Source of the DNA: Vicugna vicugna | Lineage: Eukaryota | Direction of reading: 5' to 3' | Assembly: GCA_013265495.1 (NCBI GenBank) | Contig: MU058475.1 | Span: 1-64,000, forward strand | DNA: 64,000 bases | Part shown: positions 12,481 to 26,399 of the stretch, in pieces | Layout: the number at the start of each line of letters is the position of its first letter | How positions within the stretch are numbered: position 1 is the first letter of the stretch | Made by a program: the position numbers and the translations under genes | Notes under the pieces: generated by a model | Databases searched by the model: none | The model's input: only the letters and a program-made list of their open reading frames with translations | What the model was told of the DNA's origin: nothing

Positions 12481-13564
12481 CCGACGGCTCGGCGGCCCGC
12501 GTTCTTGCGGCAGCCGGGAGGCGAAGGCGCCGCCTCAGTCCCCGGAGCAGACGCCTCCCGCGCGCGCTTCCGGTCCCCGGCTCGGCGGGGGCGGCCGCTT
12601 CAGTGCAGCGCGCGGGGCCCGGGGGCCCCCAGCCAGGTCCCTGGCCCACCCGCCCGGGGCGCCAGCTCACCGCGTCCTAGTATGCTCTGCCCCGGGCACC
12701 GGCCGCTGCAGGGGGCGTCCAGTGAACGATGCAGCCCCCTAGCCAGCGACATTCTGTGTTCTCTTCCTGACACCTGCGCTGGTCGCGGTTCCCAGAAACA
12801 GTCGCAAGTCCACACGTTGGCTCTTGCTTCCTTCCCTCTGTTCACAACACCTGTTACTCTGGCTTTAACCCCTTTTCACGTTTTAGTACAACTCCTTTCT
12901 TGTCTACACCCCAAACATTTTTTAAGCCATTGATTAAAACTGCCAAGCCGCCCTCTCAGAGACCCGTTGGCACAGAAAACCTGGACAGACTCAGTTGCGT
13001 TGTGCCAAATATACAACGTTGCTCTATTTGTTACAGTTTCCAAAGTGGCCCCACGCAGATTCTCCCCTTTATTAAAAGGAGACTTGGTACATTAGTTACA
13101 AAAAGATTTGAAGGAAAAGAAGTTTGGGAAAATCAAAACATAGTTAGCAGTGAAAAAGCAGGCCTAGGCCATGATGAGTTACCCGGTTCTGGCTTCCACA
13201 CTAGACTTCCACCAGTTTACAGCTGGTTTCCCGTCTGTCTCCTGTCTCCGTGTCCTGCCCCTCCCCCATCATAGCTAAGTGTTCCGGAAGTAGGTGCTGC
13301 CCAAGGTGCTGCTGCTTGAAGCTAGCAGTCCAGAAGTCATTAGCACTGATTGTTAATGGCAGTTTTCTGGAGAGACGCTCACAGTGGCCCTAACTTCTCT
13401 TCCCAGCTTTACCTTCCGTAGCTTAAAGTACCCCAGGAACTTTCTAATGCCTCTCCCTTTTCTTTAAGCTGATTTTCCATGGTTGCAGACTAAAGAAGTT
13501 TAATAAATATATTAATAGCATGGCAATGATGCTGTGCAGTTATGTGGAAAGTTCAGAAAACAAT

Positions 13565-14650
13565 CTGTTTCCGTTAGCCTTGGCTGCATAATTAACCACC
13601 CCAAAACTTGCAGTTTAAAAGAACTAAGATTTATTCTTTCTCACAGCTCTGCAGGTTAGCTGGGCAGCTCCACTGCTGCTGTCCCTCCGCTGGTTTAGAC
13701 TCACTTATTCAGTTGCATTCCGTTGGAGGCAGAGCTGGGCTGGAAGGTTTGAGATGGCCTCACTCACATGCTTGGCAGTGGGGCTGGCTTAATCTCCTCC
13801 CTGTGGTCTTATCCTCCAGGAGGTTAGCTTGGCTTCTTCACCTGGCCCTCTCTTCCAAGAGGTTAATAGCAGAAGCTGGAAGGCCTCTGAAAGTCATGTA
13901 CATCTCTTTCGCTGCATTCTAATGCTCAGGTAAGTCACAGGCTAGCCCAGATTCAGGGGAGAGAAACATACTCCACCTCTGCATAAGAGGAGCAGCAGGA
14001 CACTTACATTACAAAGGGGCGCGTGCAGACTGGGTAGAGGGATTTGTGGTCATATTTTATAATCGCACAAACACACATACACAGTATACAAGGTATGATA
14101 CCACTTTTTTGTTTAACTGAAAGATAGGACTAGAAATGGTTTCTTTTCCTTATTTTGCACAACAAAGCATATTACATTCATTCTAATTTTTTGAAGTGTT
14201 ATTAGTCAGGGCTCATCCACTTGGAAGTGACAAAAATCCAAGTCAGCTAGCTTTGAATTGAAATGTATTGGCTCTGGCAGAGCTAGACCCAGGGATCCAA
14301 TCAGTGTCATCGAGACGCCTTTCTCTCTGTCTTTGAGCTCTGCTTTCCTCCTGGGGGCTGGCTGCTTCTCTCCCTGCAGCAATTTCCTCCACACAGCTAG
14401 ACAAAGTGCCACTTGTAGCCCCAACCTTATGTTGTCTCAGCTGAGAACTATCAGCGAAAGAGAACTTCTCGGTGTTCCGTTTATAGAGAAAGATTCTTCC
14501 CTTACATGCTTAGCTGTTGCCAGGGGCTGAAGGTGATATGATTGGCCAAGTGTAGGTCACGTGCCCATCCCTGCAGATGGGGATAGGCTGAGATTGACAG
14601 CCTTAGGAGAACCACATGGAACAAGGAAGTGGCTTCCCAGAGGAAGGAGC
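13565..14650 (-). mobile_element. MaLR MLT1-like LTR remnants (approx. 13565-14060 and 14200-14650)
   Basis: aaccaccccaaaacttgcagtttaaaa...atttattctttctcacagctctgc and aagtcacaggctagcccagattcagggg motifs. Confidence 0.6.
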
Positions 14651-15004
14651 AGTAGGCAGACAAAACAACATATGCCCATCTATATATTCATTTTTTGTGT
14701 GTTTAAAAGAACAGGATGAGAAAGATCTAATTTGACAGCACTTGTAGGGGGAACCTTCTGGAATGTCATTGACCATAAGTAAGGTACAGCTGTTAAGAAA
14801 TTGAATGCAATTGTGAGCAGTAGCTACAAAACCATATTTCTATATCAGGAGAGGCAAACCTTTCCTGTAAAGAATTCTCTGTTCATACAGCACTGAAGGA
14901 GTGCCAATGGGTGTCGATTTGTTCTACAGGGGGAATCAGGACCAATGAGCAGAGATTACAAGATATAACTGTGGCAAATATTGTAAAGTTGCAACTGGTT
15001 TCTT

Positions 15005-15138
15005 CTTCTTCTCCTCCTGCTCTCCCTCCCCTTCCTCCTTCTTCTTCTTTTTTAATGGAGGTGCTGGGGACTGAACCCAGGACCTCATGCATGCTAAGCA
15101 CGTGCTCTACCACTGATCTTTAACCTCATCCACCCCCC
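15005..15138 (-). mobile_element. tRNA-derived SINE (camelid Vic-1-like) with 15-bp TSD
   Basis: Reverse complement of tcagtggtagagcacgtgcttagcatgcatgaggtcctgggttcagtccccagcacctcc; TSD tgcaactggtttctt at 14990-15004 and 15139-15153. Confidence 0.9.
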
Positions 15139-17049
15139 TGCAACTGGTTTCTTAAGCAAGAGGGAAGTTTTAGGAATGGCCTAAGAAGCTCACAGGAGAA
15201 ATCAGGAGGATAGGAAATGGGCAGGCACTCAGGGGACCCCAGAGGCCTGGCAGCAGGGTCCCAGCATGGATGAGAGAGGAAGGAGCTGCCCCTTGACTTT
15301 GGTAGAGGGAGCCTTCAGTGAGAGGCAGGGCCTCTGGGAGGGATATTGGGGAGCCAATAAAAAGGAAGGTCTGGTGCTGGACTCCTGAAAGATCATAGAA
15401 AAATAATAGAGATTTAGTTCATAGGCTTACAGATTCCATATAAGAAAGCCTGCTAGCAGCTAGGTCCGGCGGCACTGGAATGGCAGCCTCACAAGAGATG
15501 AGCTCTGCAGGCTGTCAGGGGTGCTGGCCTGAACTTGCTGCACCTCTGCTTCCAGAGCCCTGCCATCAGAGGCCTGTGGCACTGTCTGTCCCTCACCTCA
15601 AGGCACCGTCCTATCCTTTGTCAATAACTGTATCCTTCTGAGCCTAGAGAAACCATCTTCCAAGAGCTTCCTCGACTTCACTCTTCCTTCCTTCCTTCAG
15701 AGAATATGTTCTTTCCATGTTGTGGGCTCCCCTCCTGCCTCTCCTGATCACCTCCCCACCCCCCACACAGGTCCTACCAGCGTCAGCCACCATCTGCCCA
15801 TTTGTCTCTGGACTGTGCTTTTCCCCACCCTCTTGCTTTCCCTTTCTCCCTCTCTCCAAACACAAACATACTCAGGAGTTCCCTCTCCACTCTGCCTTTT
15901 TTATAAGCCCACCTCCCAGGGTAGAAGCTACAGGTGCTAGATATTTCCCCCAGCCTCCCTGGCAGCTAGAAGGCAATCATGAGACCTAAGCTCTGTTAAT
16001 CAGATACTGCTGCCCCCAGGCTTGGTATCAGGATCTACTGGTGCACAGAAGCAAAGACCAGGAGGATCTGTCTTTGGCTGAAACGCCAATTTCAGGACCG
16101 AGTTCTTGGAGCAGCAGTGGCCCCAATGCGTAAGAAATGCCAGTTTCCAGAGCCAGTGGTGTCAGGGATGCAGGACACACTGGTCTCCAAAAATGTTCTT
16201 CCTCTCAGAGCTCCAAACCTGTTCCAGAGATTCTAGAAGCCCCCTCAAGCAACTTTTGAATCTGTGTCTTTTCTCCTAAAATTAGCAGAGTTGATTTCTC
16301 TGAGAGCAATCAAGTGCTGTGTTGTAAACCCTGGACTATCTCGACTCCTTCCCCCTCTCTGATCAGCTTCCTGTTTCCTTGGCAGCTTCCTAGTGCTCCT
16401 CCTCCTCTTTTTTAAACTAAGGATTCCCCATTCTTTCCTTCTCCTCTCTCCACCCACCATCTCTGCATATGGGATGACATAGCAATGGTTACTTCTCTTT
16501 CTAATGGTGGCATTAATTATCTCTGTGCTCCATCCCCCTGCAGGGGCCGGGACACCTTCTAGCTTACTGGCCATTCTCCCCTGTGCATAGCTTGCCAACA
16601 GCGCATATTTGGTGTTCATATTTACCATCTCACTCTCCCCAGCAAACCCTTGGTCCCCGCTCCCCGTATCTATTAATGGCATTTTCATCCTCTTAGTTGC
16701 AAGGTCACAATATCAGTGTCATCTTTCAGCCTGGGTTCACACATGCAATCACTTGGTAGGGAGACCGTATCCATCCCCTGCCCTTATCACCTTCATCGGG
16801 GATGCGGGCACACTCACAAGCATCAGACCCCCTTCATGGCCCTGCAGAGAGCAAGTACCTGACCCAAGTAACAGGTCTGCAGCCAGGGCAGGCTTGGCTG
16901 AGTTACTACACCTCAGCACCCACCCCCCGCCTCCGCCATGCACGAGTGCAAGGGAAGCCACTCCCCTGGTCCTGGGGGTGCAGAGCTACTGGCTGATCCA
17001 GACTGCTGAATGAGGGCAAAGAAAAATAACATTAAAAAAAAATTCTTGC

Positions 17050-17150
17050 AGGGGTAGGGGGGTAGTATAACTCAGGGGTAGAGTGTGTGCTTAGCATGCA
17101 TGAAGTCCTGGATTCAATATCCAATACCTCCATTAAAAAAAAAAAAAAAC
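17050..17150 (+). mobile_element. Vic-1-like SINE
   Basis: tRNA A/B-box head and poly-A tail. Confidence 0.85.
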
Positions 17151-17739
17151 AAACCCAAGTACAGCTCAGTACTGTTACCTGCCCTCTTTCTCTTCTTGTC
17201 TACAATAGATGTAACCAGGGACTGTCATATAGAAAAATGCATATGGACAGTTCCTTTTACATGACAAGATCTGGGCGAGCTATTTGTTCCACTGGGTTAG
17301 CCCCGTGGTCATCACCTTATGTCTCAAGGCCATACCAGCCACAGGAAAATTAAGAACATGCACTGAAAACAATAATGTATTTAGCTAGAGTTCCCACCCG
17401 GAAGCCTGGGGATGTCTGATCGCCTGGAGCCCTGTTAATGGAAAGAGGGTTCTCGAGCTGCGAACCCCAGCCTCTGTGCAGAACGGTCTCTGTGCCGAGT
17501 CACGTTGCCCGACTCCTGCTTGCCTGGGGAGATTCCGGAGTCCCAGGAGGGAAACTAGCCTCGGTTCTTTACTTCCTGACAAGGGGCAAAGAGAGGTTCT
17601 GTGCCAGGACCCACGGACCACAGATCATGACCTTGACCCCCAGTTGAGCTCCTCCCTAAGAGACTACTCAGCCCCGGGACTGGCTCTCGGGTGAAGCCCC
17701 CATCTCAGACTGATATATATATATATAACTGCGTATCAC

Positions 17740-18060
17740 CATATTCCACTATAACGAAGTACTGCCCACTGGGCAGCTTGTAAATGACAGACATTTATTT
17801 CTGACAGCGCTGCTATCAAGATGCCAGGATGGTTGTGTTCTGGGGAGAATCACCTTCCTCCTTCATAAACTGCATCCTCACGTGGTGGAAGGCGGGACGG
17901 AGCTCTCTGGATCCTGTTTTATAAGAGCTTGAATCGCATTCGTGAGCGCTCCACCCTGAGGACTGAATCACCACCCAAAGTCCTCACCTCAGTACCACCA
18001 CCTTGGGGGGTTGGTTTCAACAGGTGAATTTCAGGGGATATGAACATTCAGACCATAGCT
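17740..18060 (-). mobile_element. MLT1A-like LTR
   Basis: acatttatttctgacagc ... gggttggtttcaacaggtgaatttcagggg...acattcagaccatagc. Confidence 0.65.
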
Positions 18061-19559
18061 GCCTACTTCCTCTGCCCTTTCTCCACCACTGCTGCATTTT
18101 ATTTCCCAGTGCCTTTCCTGAACAGCCCGCAAGCTCTCCCTACCACCCTCCCACCCCCGCCTTCCCCCTACTCCTAGCAGAATGCCTCTGTCTGCCTCCA
18201 GAACAATCCCCCTCCCCTGGTGTTCCCACTCTTGGTGCCATCTAACAAAGAAGCAAAAATATCCCCAATTACCTTGACTACTAGATAATAAGCCATCAAA
18301 TCCAGAAAGACAGTGTGATTACCATGGCAATTTGTCAGAACATGGAATTCTCTCCGTGGTCTCATCTGGCAGCCTCGGGAACGCCTGCTTTGAGAGCGCG
18401 CCCGGACTCTCATTCTGGATGCCTTGCTCCGTGAGGTTGAATGCTGAGCCCCGGGCTGCCTAGTCGTGGGCATGTCTGAAGAAATTCTTGGCCAGGCTGC
18501 GTACATTCCATCAGCCCATGGCCACCACCACATCAGGATACCCATCTTTTTCTGAGGCTTCGTCATTTTCATGAGAAGATGGACAATCTACCATGCACTT
18601 AGCTGAGCAGCATAAACTATGCACACTTCAGGTTTGGCCCCTAGAGAACAGAGCCTCCAATTCTGCCAGGCTGGGGAACCAGAAAATCTCCTTTGTGGAG
18701 GACTGCCTAATGATTATGCACTCACTCCATCGCTCTAGGATTCCAAATTCTTTTTTTTTTCTTTGCATTCTAGCCAATTTTATTAGAAAACAGCTAACTT
18801 CAAGAGCATTGCTCCAGCCCCTCACAGAGTTGCTTTTTCTGAATTGCACTCGGGTATCAGAGCATTGACTTTGCTGAGGCCCTCTGCAAGCAACAGCCTA
18901 ACCTGGTTAAATCTGTGAAGAGAGGTGCCCTGGGCCACACTTCACCCATTATCCCCTTGTGAAAGACCATGGGAGAAATCTGTCTCAGTCTTTAATTGAC
19001 AGGTTGTCTTGCTTTTTATATTTTGGACAGTGAAGATTCTGTGTTGCTGGTTTTTTTTTTTTTTTTCTTGCTTCTTCAGCTGCTGTAAAGCACAGAGCCA
19101 AGTGTGTGGCCTACTTTTGTGTATTATCATTTCACAGCTTTATTCTATTTTATATTCTTGTCCTTGCTCTGATTTCCTCTTTGAGTGACTTGATCCTCTT
19201 CTGTTATGTGTATTCTGGAAGCCCACTTAAATCCCTTTCTAAGTGTTTGAAAATTGTTTTTAATTCTCCAGAATTCATGTAAAATGAGGACTTTTTAGTT
19301 CCATGAGACTTGCGGGAATATGTAATATAAAACTACACAGATCTTACATGGACATATAAGATACAGAAGAGATTTTAAATACCTTAATTAGAAATCAGTA
19401 TCTAAATATGCGTAAATCCGTTTTCAGTTGGGGGTGGGTATTAATAAACCACAAATAGAAGGGTTTTACAGAAATAGTTTGTGTTTCCATTCTTTGCATG
19501 ATAGGTGACATTATTTTTGTTTATTTATTGGATCTTTTAAATTTTTTCTCTTCATTATA

Positions 19560-19705
19560 TTTTTTTAAATTTTATTTTTTATTTTGGGAGACATAATTGG
19601 GGGTTCTTTTTTGGATGGAGGGACTGGGGACTGAACCCAGGCCTTTGTGCATGCTGGGCATGCACTGTACCACTGAGCTGTACCACCCCCCCACCCCCCA
19701 CCCCG
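19560..19705 (-). mobile_element. Vic-1-like SINE
   Basis: gggactgaacccaggcctttgtgcatgctgggcatgcactgtaccactgagct. Confidence 0.85.
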
Positions 19706-20724
19706 CAAGCTGCTGTTAATTTTAAAGTGTTCAAGTGAAGGCAGGGTTGTCATATAAACAGTCATCCCTTCCACCTGTGTGGTCGTCAGCTAGCAGTAAC
19801 ATCATAGGGCAGTTTGATTGATATAATCAGCATCATTTTCCAATGCAGGATTCGGGATACTCAGCTTTGAAATATCGTTATTGGACAAAAGACATGATTT
19901 GAGAAATCTTTCAACAGTTGATGTCTTTGAATGGAATGAAGACAGGCTGGTAACGACAGGGATCTCAGCATCCCAGGCCGTGACAGAGCTGCTAAATTCC
20001 AGTGGAATTCAATCCCATGCACGTTACTGAGAGCTTACTGCGTGCCCAGCGCTGTGCTCAAGGAAGGAAACCTAAAAGACCCAGGTCCTGCAGTGGCCCA
20101 GCTGTGCTGAGGGCAGGACATGTGAAGGACTCAAGTCTCAACCTCCAGGCTCATTTAAAGTTCCAGGGTTCCAGGGATATAATTAGGTCAAAATTAAGTG
20201 TTTATCAAAGACAGGAGTAATCTGTTCATATTCAGTGAAGAGGGAAAAACCGAGGAGAGAAGGGGGCTGAAAATGCGGTAAGTGAGACTTCATGCACAGT
20301 CAGAGGTCTCAGCCTTGGGAGCCAGAGGGTTGCCCATTTTCTGAGCCTGGAGAGAAGGAGAAAGTGGGGATTTGAAAGGCAACTGAGTGACAGTGACAAA
20401 TCAACTGCAGATCTGCAGGCCGCTGACATCATCCCACATCCCATCGTGCCTTCTTTTCAGAACCCTGGGAACTGGCAGCCATGCCCCAAATAACAGTACT
20501 GGTCAGAAGCCAGGCTAAACCTCGACCCCCTGTAGAAGCATGTCACACGCCATAGATAAGACAGTGCCTTCTGCCAATAGAGAAAACATGGCTAAGACAT
20601 TGTAAGATAAAATATGCCAACAAATAACACAGGAGTTTCCAAGCACAATAGTAGATGTTCAAAATGCATTTACCATGGATGATGCAGTTGACTCTGTTTT
20701 GTCTCAAATAGAAAACAAGATTTT

Positions 20725-20835
20725 AAAAAATATGAAAATGAATATACGTATGTATATGCAAGACTGGGACATTGTGCTGCACACCAGAAATTGACACATT
20801 GTAATTGACTGTACTTCAACTGAAAAAAAAAAAAG
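20725..20835 (+). mobile_element. 5'-truncated L1 3' tail
   Basis: gtgctgcacaccagaaattgacacattgtaattgact plus poly-A; the same tail recurs at ~23700, 25370, 39300 and 43480. Confidence 0.8.
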
Positions 20836-20876
20836 AGTGGTATTTGCAAGCTTATCTAAAAGGAAACTTTCCTACA

Positions 20877-21480
20877 TATGTAGGAAGGATTTTAACATTG
20901 ACCAGAAGGAGATCTGGCCTTTGCCCTCATCCCCTGGTGGATAATTTGAAAGCCCTTGGAATGTCCTACCCAGCGAGTGTCGTGGTTTCCCTGGGAGTTT
21001 TGGCTCTCACCAGAATGTCTAACAATGTGATTGATTGTGGGGGCTTTTGAGTCACGCAGTATCAGCTCAGACTCCAGAAGGTCTAGAGACTGAGGTCAGC
21101 CATGTGGACAGGTGACCATGGAGGCCCAGTGAAGATTCTGGACACCAAGGCTTGGTGAACTTCCTGTTTGGCAATATTCCCCGAGTGCTTTCACGCATCC
21201 CTGCTGGGAGGAGTTAACGCTGTCCGTGACTCCTTGGGGAGAGGACGGCTGGAAGACCTGAGCTGGGAGCCCTCCTGGACTCCACTTACGCATTTCTCCA
21301 CTTATTTTAATCTACATCTTTTGGCTGTTATAATCTGTCACCATGACTATGGCAGCTTTCAATGAGTTCTATGAACCCATCTAGAGAATTATCAAATCTG
21401 AGGGTAGACTTTGGGGTGTCTCAAATCTGCAATTGGTGTTCAAATGGAAGGTGGTCTTGTAGACTGTGCTCCCTAACTTC
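20877..21480 (+). mobile_element. MER21-like LTR
   Basis: ggagatctggcctttgccc ... gagttctatgaacccatctagagaattatcaaatctgagggtag motifs. Confidence 0.65.
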
Positions 21481-23039
21481 TCACTACTTGAGATTAAACA
21501 CAAGTCCACAGGTCATCAAGAAATTTCAATTAAAAAGCATAGAAAGTAGAGGAAAAGTATCTCAGCCTTCTGATCAGGGCTGAAAAGTTAAATTAGAATC
21601 TCTACTGGTGGGAGTAGGGGATGGTGAGAGTGAAATTAGATATAGCAAATCATCCTTTATGGGTCCCTGGAAATTCAGAGGCTGCTCAGATATTGGTTAC
21701 TCCACATCCTTTTAGTCTTAAAAGCTGAGAACACATATATAAGGTCCTAGCAAAAGTCACTGAGTTTCCCAAGATCACACCCTTATTGACAGAGCTGCAG
21801 AATTTACTCCTTCATTTTGCTCATTCACATGGAAGAAAACAGATTACATTCTGTGAGAGCCTACCTGCCCTCACCCGCAAAGACGATTCAGAAGAATACT
21901 GTCTATGATTCACAATGAAGATGTTTCTGATATATAATTTAGATTTACAGAATGTTAAAATAGCAACAAAAATGCAACATGAGGGGAGCTGCAGATTCTG
22001 AAAGCAAAATGGCCAACATCATCCTTCACTCCTCACCATGATGCTGAGACGCACTATGTAGTAATCCTCCATTCTGTGGTGTGATACCTCTGTCTGCAGT
22101 GGAAGGTTGGTTGGAAACTCTTCTTTAGCTCTTTCTTTTTTCTGTACAGACCCTTTGTCTTCTTAAAATGGAAAGAGGCATACACAATGTAGTGTAGAAG
22201 GACCATGATGACTTGACTCATGAAGCGTTTATTGGAGGCTTGGGACTCAGATTTCATATCAGGGTAAAGAACTCTCTTACAAATTAAAATGCGCTGATAA
22301 TGTGATTAGCTGCTCCACCAGCTAGACTATGGAAGGCCCTGGTTGGGGACTCAAGTGTTAGTGGAGGACTGAATTAGATCGGTGGAGTCACTTAGCCATT
22401 AGGAGCGGGGGCTCTGCACTCAGACAGACCTGGGCTGAAAACCCAGCTTCCCCACCTCCGTCCAGGGTGTCCCAGGGTAGCCATCTGCCTCTGCTAACCT
22501 TAGCTTCCAAACCTGAAAGATGCACATGGTAACAGCACGTATGTCAGAGAGTTGTTGTGAACAAGATGCGCACGATGGACTTCACAAGTCTCCCATAAAT
22601 GCTAGAAATTTTTATTTATTTTATGCCTTTTAAAAAAACAGCAGAAGCATTTCACTAAAAAAAAAAAATCTGATCAAGGGAGCTTAAACAAGTGAAACAG
22701 ATCGATGAAACCAAGGTGACAATCCTCACTCCCTAGAAAAGTAGGGAAATCTGATAAAGTTTTTATTGCCCATCCATCTCATCTGGATGAGGATAATAGT
22801 CCCCATGAACACTTCCCACTTGGTCAGTGTATTTGATGGGACAAGAAACCACCAGCTTTCACAGGAGATAAATGCAAAAATCTCAGTATCTGAAAACAAT
22901 AGAAGTCTATTTCTCACTCCAACAAAGAGGGGCTGTTCTCCCCACAATCAGTTAGAGATACAAGATCCGTTCACTCTGTGACACAGCCACCCTAAAATGG
23001 AGCTTCCAGGTCACGAGGAGAAGGGAAGGGGGAGGACTT

Positions 23040-24350
23040 CGTTGGCAAAAAGCACTCCCTGTGTGTTTCCCCTTTACTCTCACAATACACCGGACTCACA
23101 ACACTTCTGACAGCAGACATGTAGGTTTTCTGTACATCAAGCAATTGTGCAACACCAGCTGGGTGTCCTACAGTTCGGTTCAGTCCTGACCCAGATCCTA
23201 CAGGCTATGAGTTCAGTGCCATAAGCCTGCCCCTACTTCAGATGCCAATAGCAAGTAGCATGTCCCCAGGTTACCTACAACTTCTGTCCGACTTGGCTAC
23301 AAATTGGAGGTTCTCGTGACCCTCCTCCTTGGATTTGGTCATTTGCTGGAATGACTCACAGAACTCAGCAAAGCACTTATATTAACTGGTTTATTAAAAA
23401 GGATATAATGGGGGAGTGGGTAGAACAGCTCAGTAGTAGAGCATGTGCTTAGCCGGCACGAGGTCCTGTGTTCAATTCCCAGTACCTCCATTTTAAAAAA
23501 CAATAATTATGGTTACTGGGGGGGGGTGATAAATTGGGAGTCTGAGATTTGCAGATACTAACTAATATACATAAAATAGATAAACAAGAAGTTCATACTG
23601 TAGAACACAGGGAACTATAGTCAATATCTTGTAGTAACTTATGGTGAAAAAGAATATGAAAACCAATATGTGTATGTTCATGTATGACTGAAGCTTTATG
23701 CTGTACACCAGACATTGACACAACATTGTAAACTGACTATACCTCAGTAAAATATATATATAAAATATAAAAAGATTTAAACATTTTTAAAAATAATAAT
23801 AAAAATTAAAAGGATATAATAGAGTATATGAAGACATATAAGGTAAGGGCCAGAGGAATCCCAAGCCCAGGAGTTTCTGTCCCCGTGGAGCTGGGGGGCA
23901 CCACCCTTCTTGCATGTAGATGTGTTCATTGGCCCAGAAGCTCTCAGAACCCAACACATTTTAATACAGGTTTTATCACAGATTCATGAGAGATCATTAA
24001 TCAGTCTCAACCTCTCTTTCCTCCCAGGGGATATGAGCGTAGGGTGCAAGTTCTAAGTACGACTAGAATGGCTTGGTCCTTCTGGTGACCAGCCCTCATC
24101 GGGAGCCATCCAGGGACCTACCAAGAGTCACCCCATTAGAACAATAGACAATCCTGACACCCACGAAATTCCATAAGATTCAGGGGCTCTGTGTCAGGAA
24201 TCAAGATCAAAGAGCAAAAAAGATGCTCCTAGTGTTCTCTTCACTTAGAAAATTACATGGATTTTTAGGGGTTCTGTGACTGGAACCAGGGACAGAGACG
24301 ACAGACAGACAGACAGACAGATAGACAGACAGATATTCTATTATTTCACA
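23040..24350 (-). mobile_element. MER21-like LTR with nested SINE (~23410-23500) and L1 tail (~23505-23770)
   Basis: caccagctgggtgtcctacagttc, actcacagaactcagc and ttttaggggttctgtgactggaaccagggaca motifs. aaaaggatataat is duplicated around the nested inserts. Confidence 0.7.
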
Positions 24351-26399
24351 GAGATGGAGGAGACATGCCAGCTCTAAACATCCACGGCCGTGAAGTGACA
24401 TACATCCTTTTTAGATCTGGTCACATGAACTCAACCAACCGCAAAGGAAAATGCAGGAGAGCACGTGGGTGTGGGCTGAGCACTGCGTCTGCGCACCTGG
24501 ACCTGCACTCACAGTCCTTCCGCACCGCTCCACCTGGAGCCCTTCCTACTGTTGTCAATGGGTGAGCCCCGACTTGTCCCTAAACTCCATTCAGGCCTTT
24601 GGTCCTCCAGCCCCTGCACTGCTTCTCATAGGAGACCCTGGGCGCTCTCCCCACCCCGGCCACGTTGGCTAGCGTCCGGCAGTCAGATCTCCCCTGTAGG
24701 GTCAGGGCTGCCTCCTCTCCCTGCAGCCCACCAGGTCTGAGGCAGGAGCAAGAAACATTCGCTCAGCAGAAGCAGCTGAGCCCCCCGTGTGTGCCTGGCA
24801 CTGGTGTAGGAACAGATGTGACAACGTGAAAAAAAAAACCCGCCCTCAAGGAGGACACAGAAGAAACCAGCAGCCAGGTGGCCTGGGTAACTCCCAGTGT
24901 GGAAGAGAACATGAACTGGAAGGGAGACGTCTCTGAAGAAGGGACATTTGGGAGGAAGCCGAAGCTGCGCAAACATTTTGAGGACACTTGCCCCAGGCAG
25001 AGGCAATGCGGAAAGGCAGAGGGAGGAAAGGCCACAGAGGGAGCTCTAAAGGGCTCCCTGCCTCCCAGCAGCCCGCCTGTGATGGCGGTGAGACCAGGGA
25101 CCAGGCACTGCCATCTGAGGCAGTTACTCTCCCAGACATCACTGACCAGCCCTGAATTTCCAACCCTGCCAGTGATCTCAGTGTAATTCACAATGGGTTT
25201 CAAAATATACTAAATCACTCTTCCCTGAACAGTTAAAAGCAGAAAGGAAAGAGCGGGAAGGAGGGCAGAATCAAATTCAGTATCTTGTAATAACCTGTAT
25301 GAAAAAGAATATGAAAAAAATATATATATATATATGTATATGGATGACTGAAAAATCATGCTGTGCACCAGACATTGACACATTGTAATGGACTACGCTT
25401 CAATTTAAAAAAAAAAAGAAAAAGAAAAAAAGGAAGGAGGACAGTAGGAGGGGGAAGTTTTTGTGAACATTTTTGAACTAGAGTTTTGAAAGAGCTATTC
25501 TTTTCTGGATGTTGATGCAACATGTAATGCAAATTAAAATGCATCTGACGCAGCTAAGCATAAGATTTAGGAACGTTACCACACTTTCATAGTTAGAATT
25601 GCTATAAAAAAAATGGAAAACCTTCTATATTGACACATGTGTAGCTTGATCAGAAACTTGAAGGTGGGTGGGAAAGATTTCCAATTCTTTGGGCTTTCCC
25701 TTCAGAAAGGACTTGGAATTTGAGAACTTTTTCCTTCTTTGTGTTTAAGACTCTTAATGCAGAGGAATAAATTATTTCAACACTTCTAACACTTTAGGAT
25801 TTCCTTTCTCAAGAAGTGCAATTTCTTAATAAATGGGAGTCTGGATTAGTGAGGCTCTCTAGAGGCTGGGGCTCACGGAATACCCTATTTGGGGGTAGTT
25901 CTAATCACTTGTGAAGTTTTCTCAGTTTACCTGTCACTCCACCCCCTGATTCTAGTCTCATCTTCTGGAGTCTGGAACTGCGTTGATCAGTCTACTCCCT
26001 TGGGTTTCCTCGCAGCCTTTCAGCTATTTGGAAACGGTCATGTCGCATCAGTAAGTCATTCGTAACACCGGACGTGGCCTGAGGACCATCAAACCAAGCC
26101 TTTTGTTTCAGCGATGGGGAAACTGCACCTCAGAAGCCGCATCCTGTTCAGATTCCTCTCTCCCGCAGCCTCATCCTCTGTTTGAAAATGACTGCTCCTG
26201 GATGCCTCCTTTTTCTGGTCACCTCCATGTTCTCTGGATTGTCACTGTCCCTGATTGTAAATCCCAGAATTGAACTGAGATGTGGCTTCACAGAAACTGG
26301 GTGGAAACTAATCTTCATATATAACAACTTAGACTTGATCCCGACACAGCTGCTCTGGGCAGGCGGTGCAGGTTAGTGTAAGTTTTTTTTTTTATCACA

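Larger units (their letters stand above)
11300..12790. promoter_or_regulatory. CpG island / CCSAP promoter
   Basis: Very high GC and CpG density, multiple GGGCGG boxes, ETS-like CTTCCGG near 12567; overlaps CCSAP exons 1-2. Confidence 0.9.

Noticed and set aside
11468..12933. Long plus- and minus-strand ORFs (424, 302, 262 and 238 aa) over the CCSAP promoter
   Set aside because: Arg/Gly/Pro/Ala-rich by-products of stop-poor CpG-island sequence; most start at non-ATG codons and show no recognisable homology.
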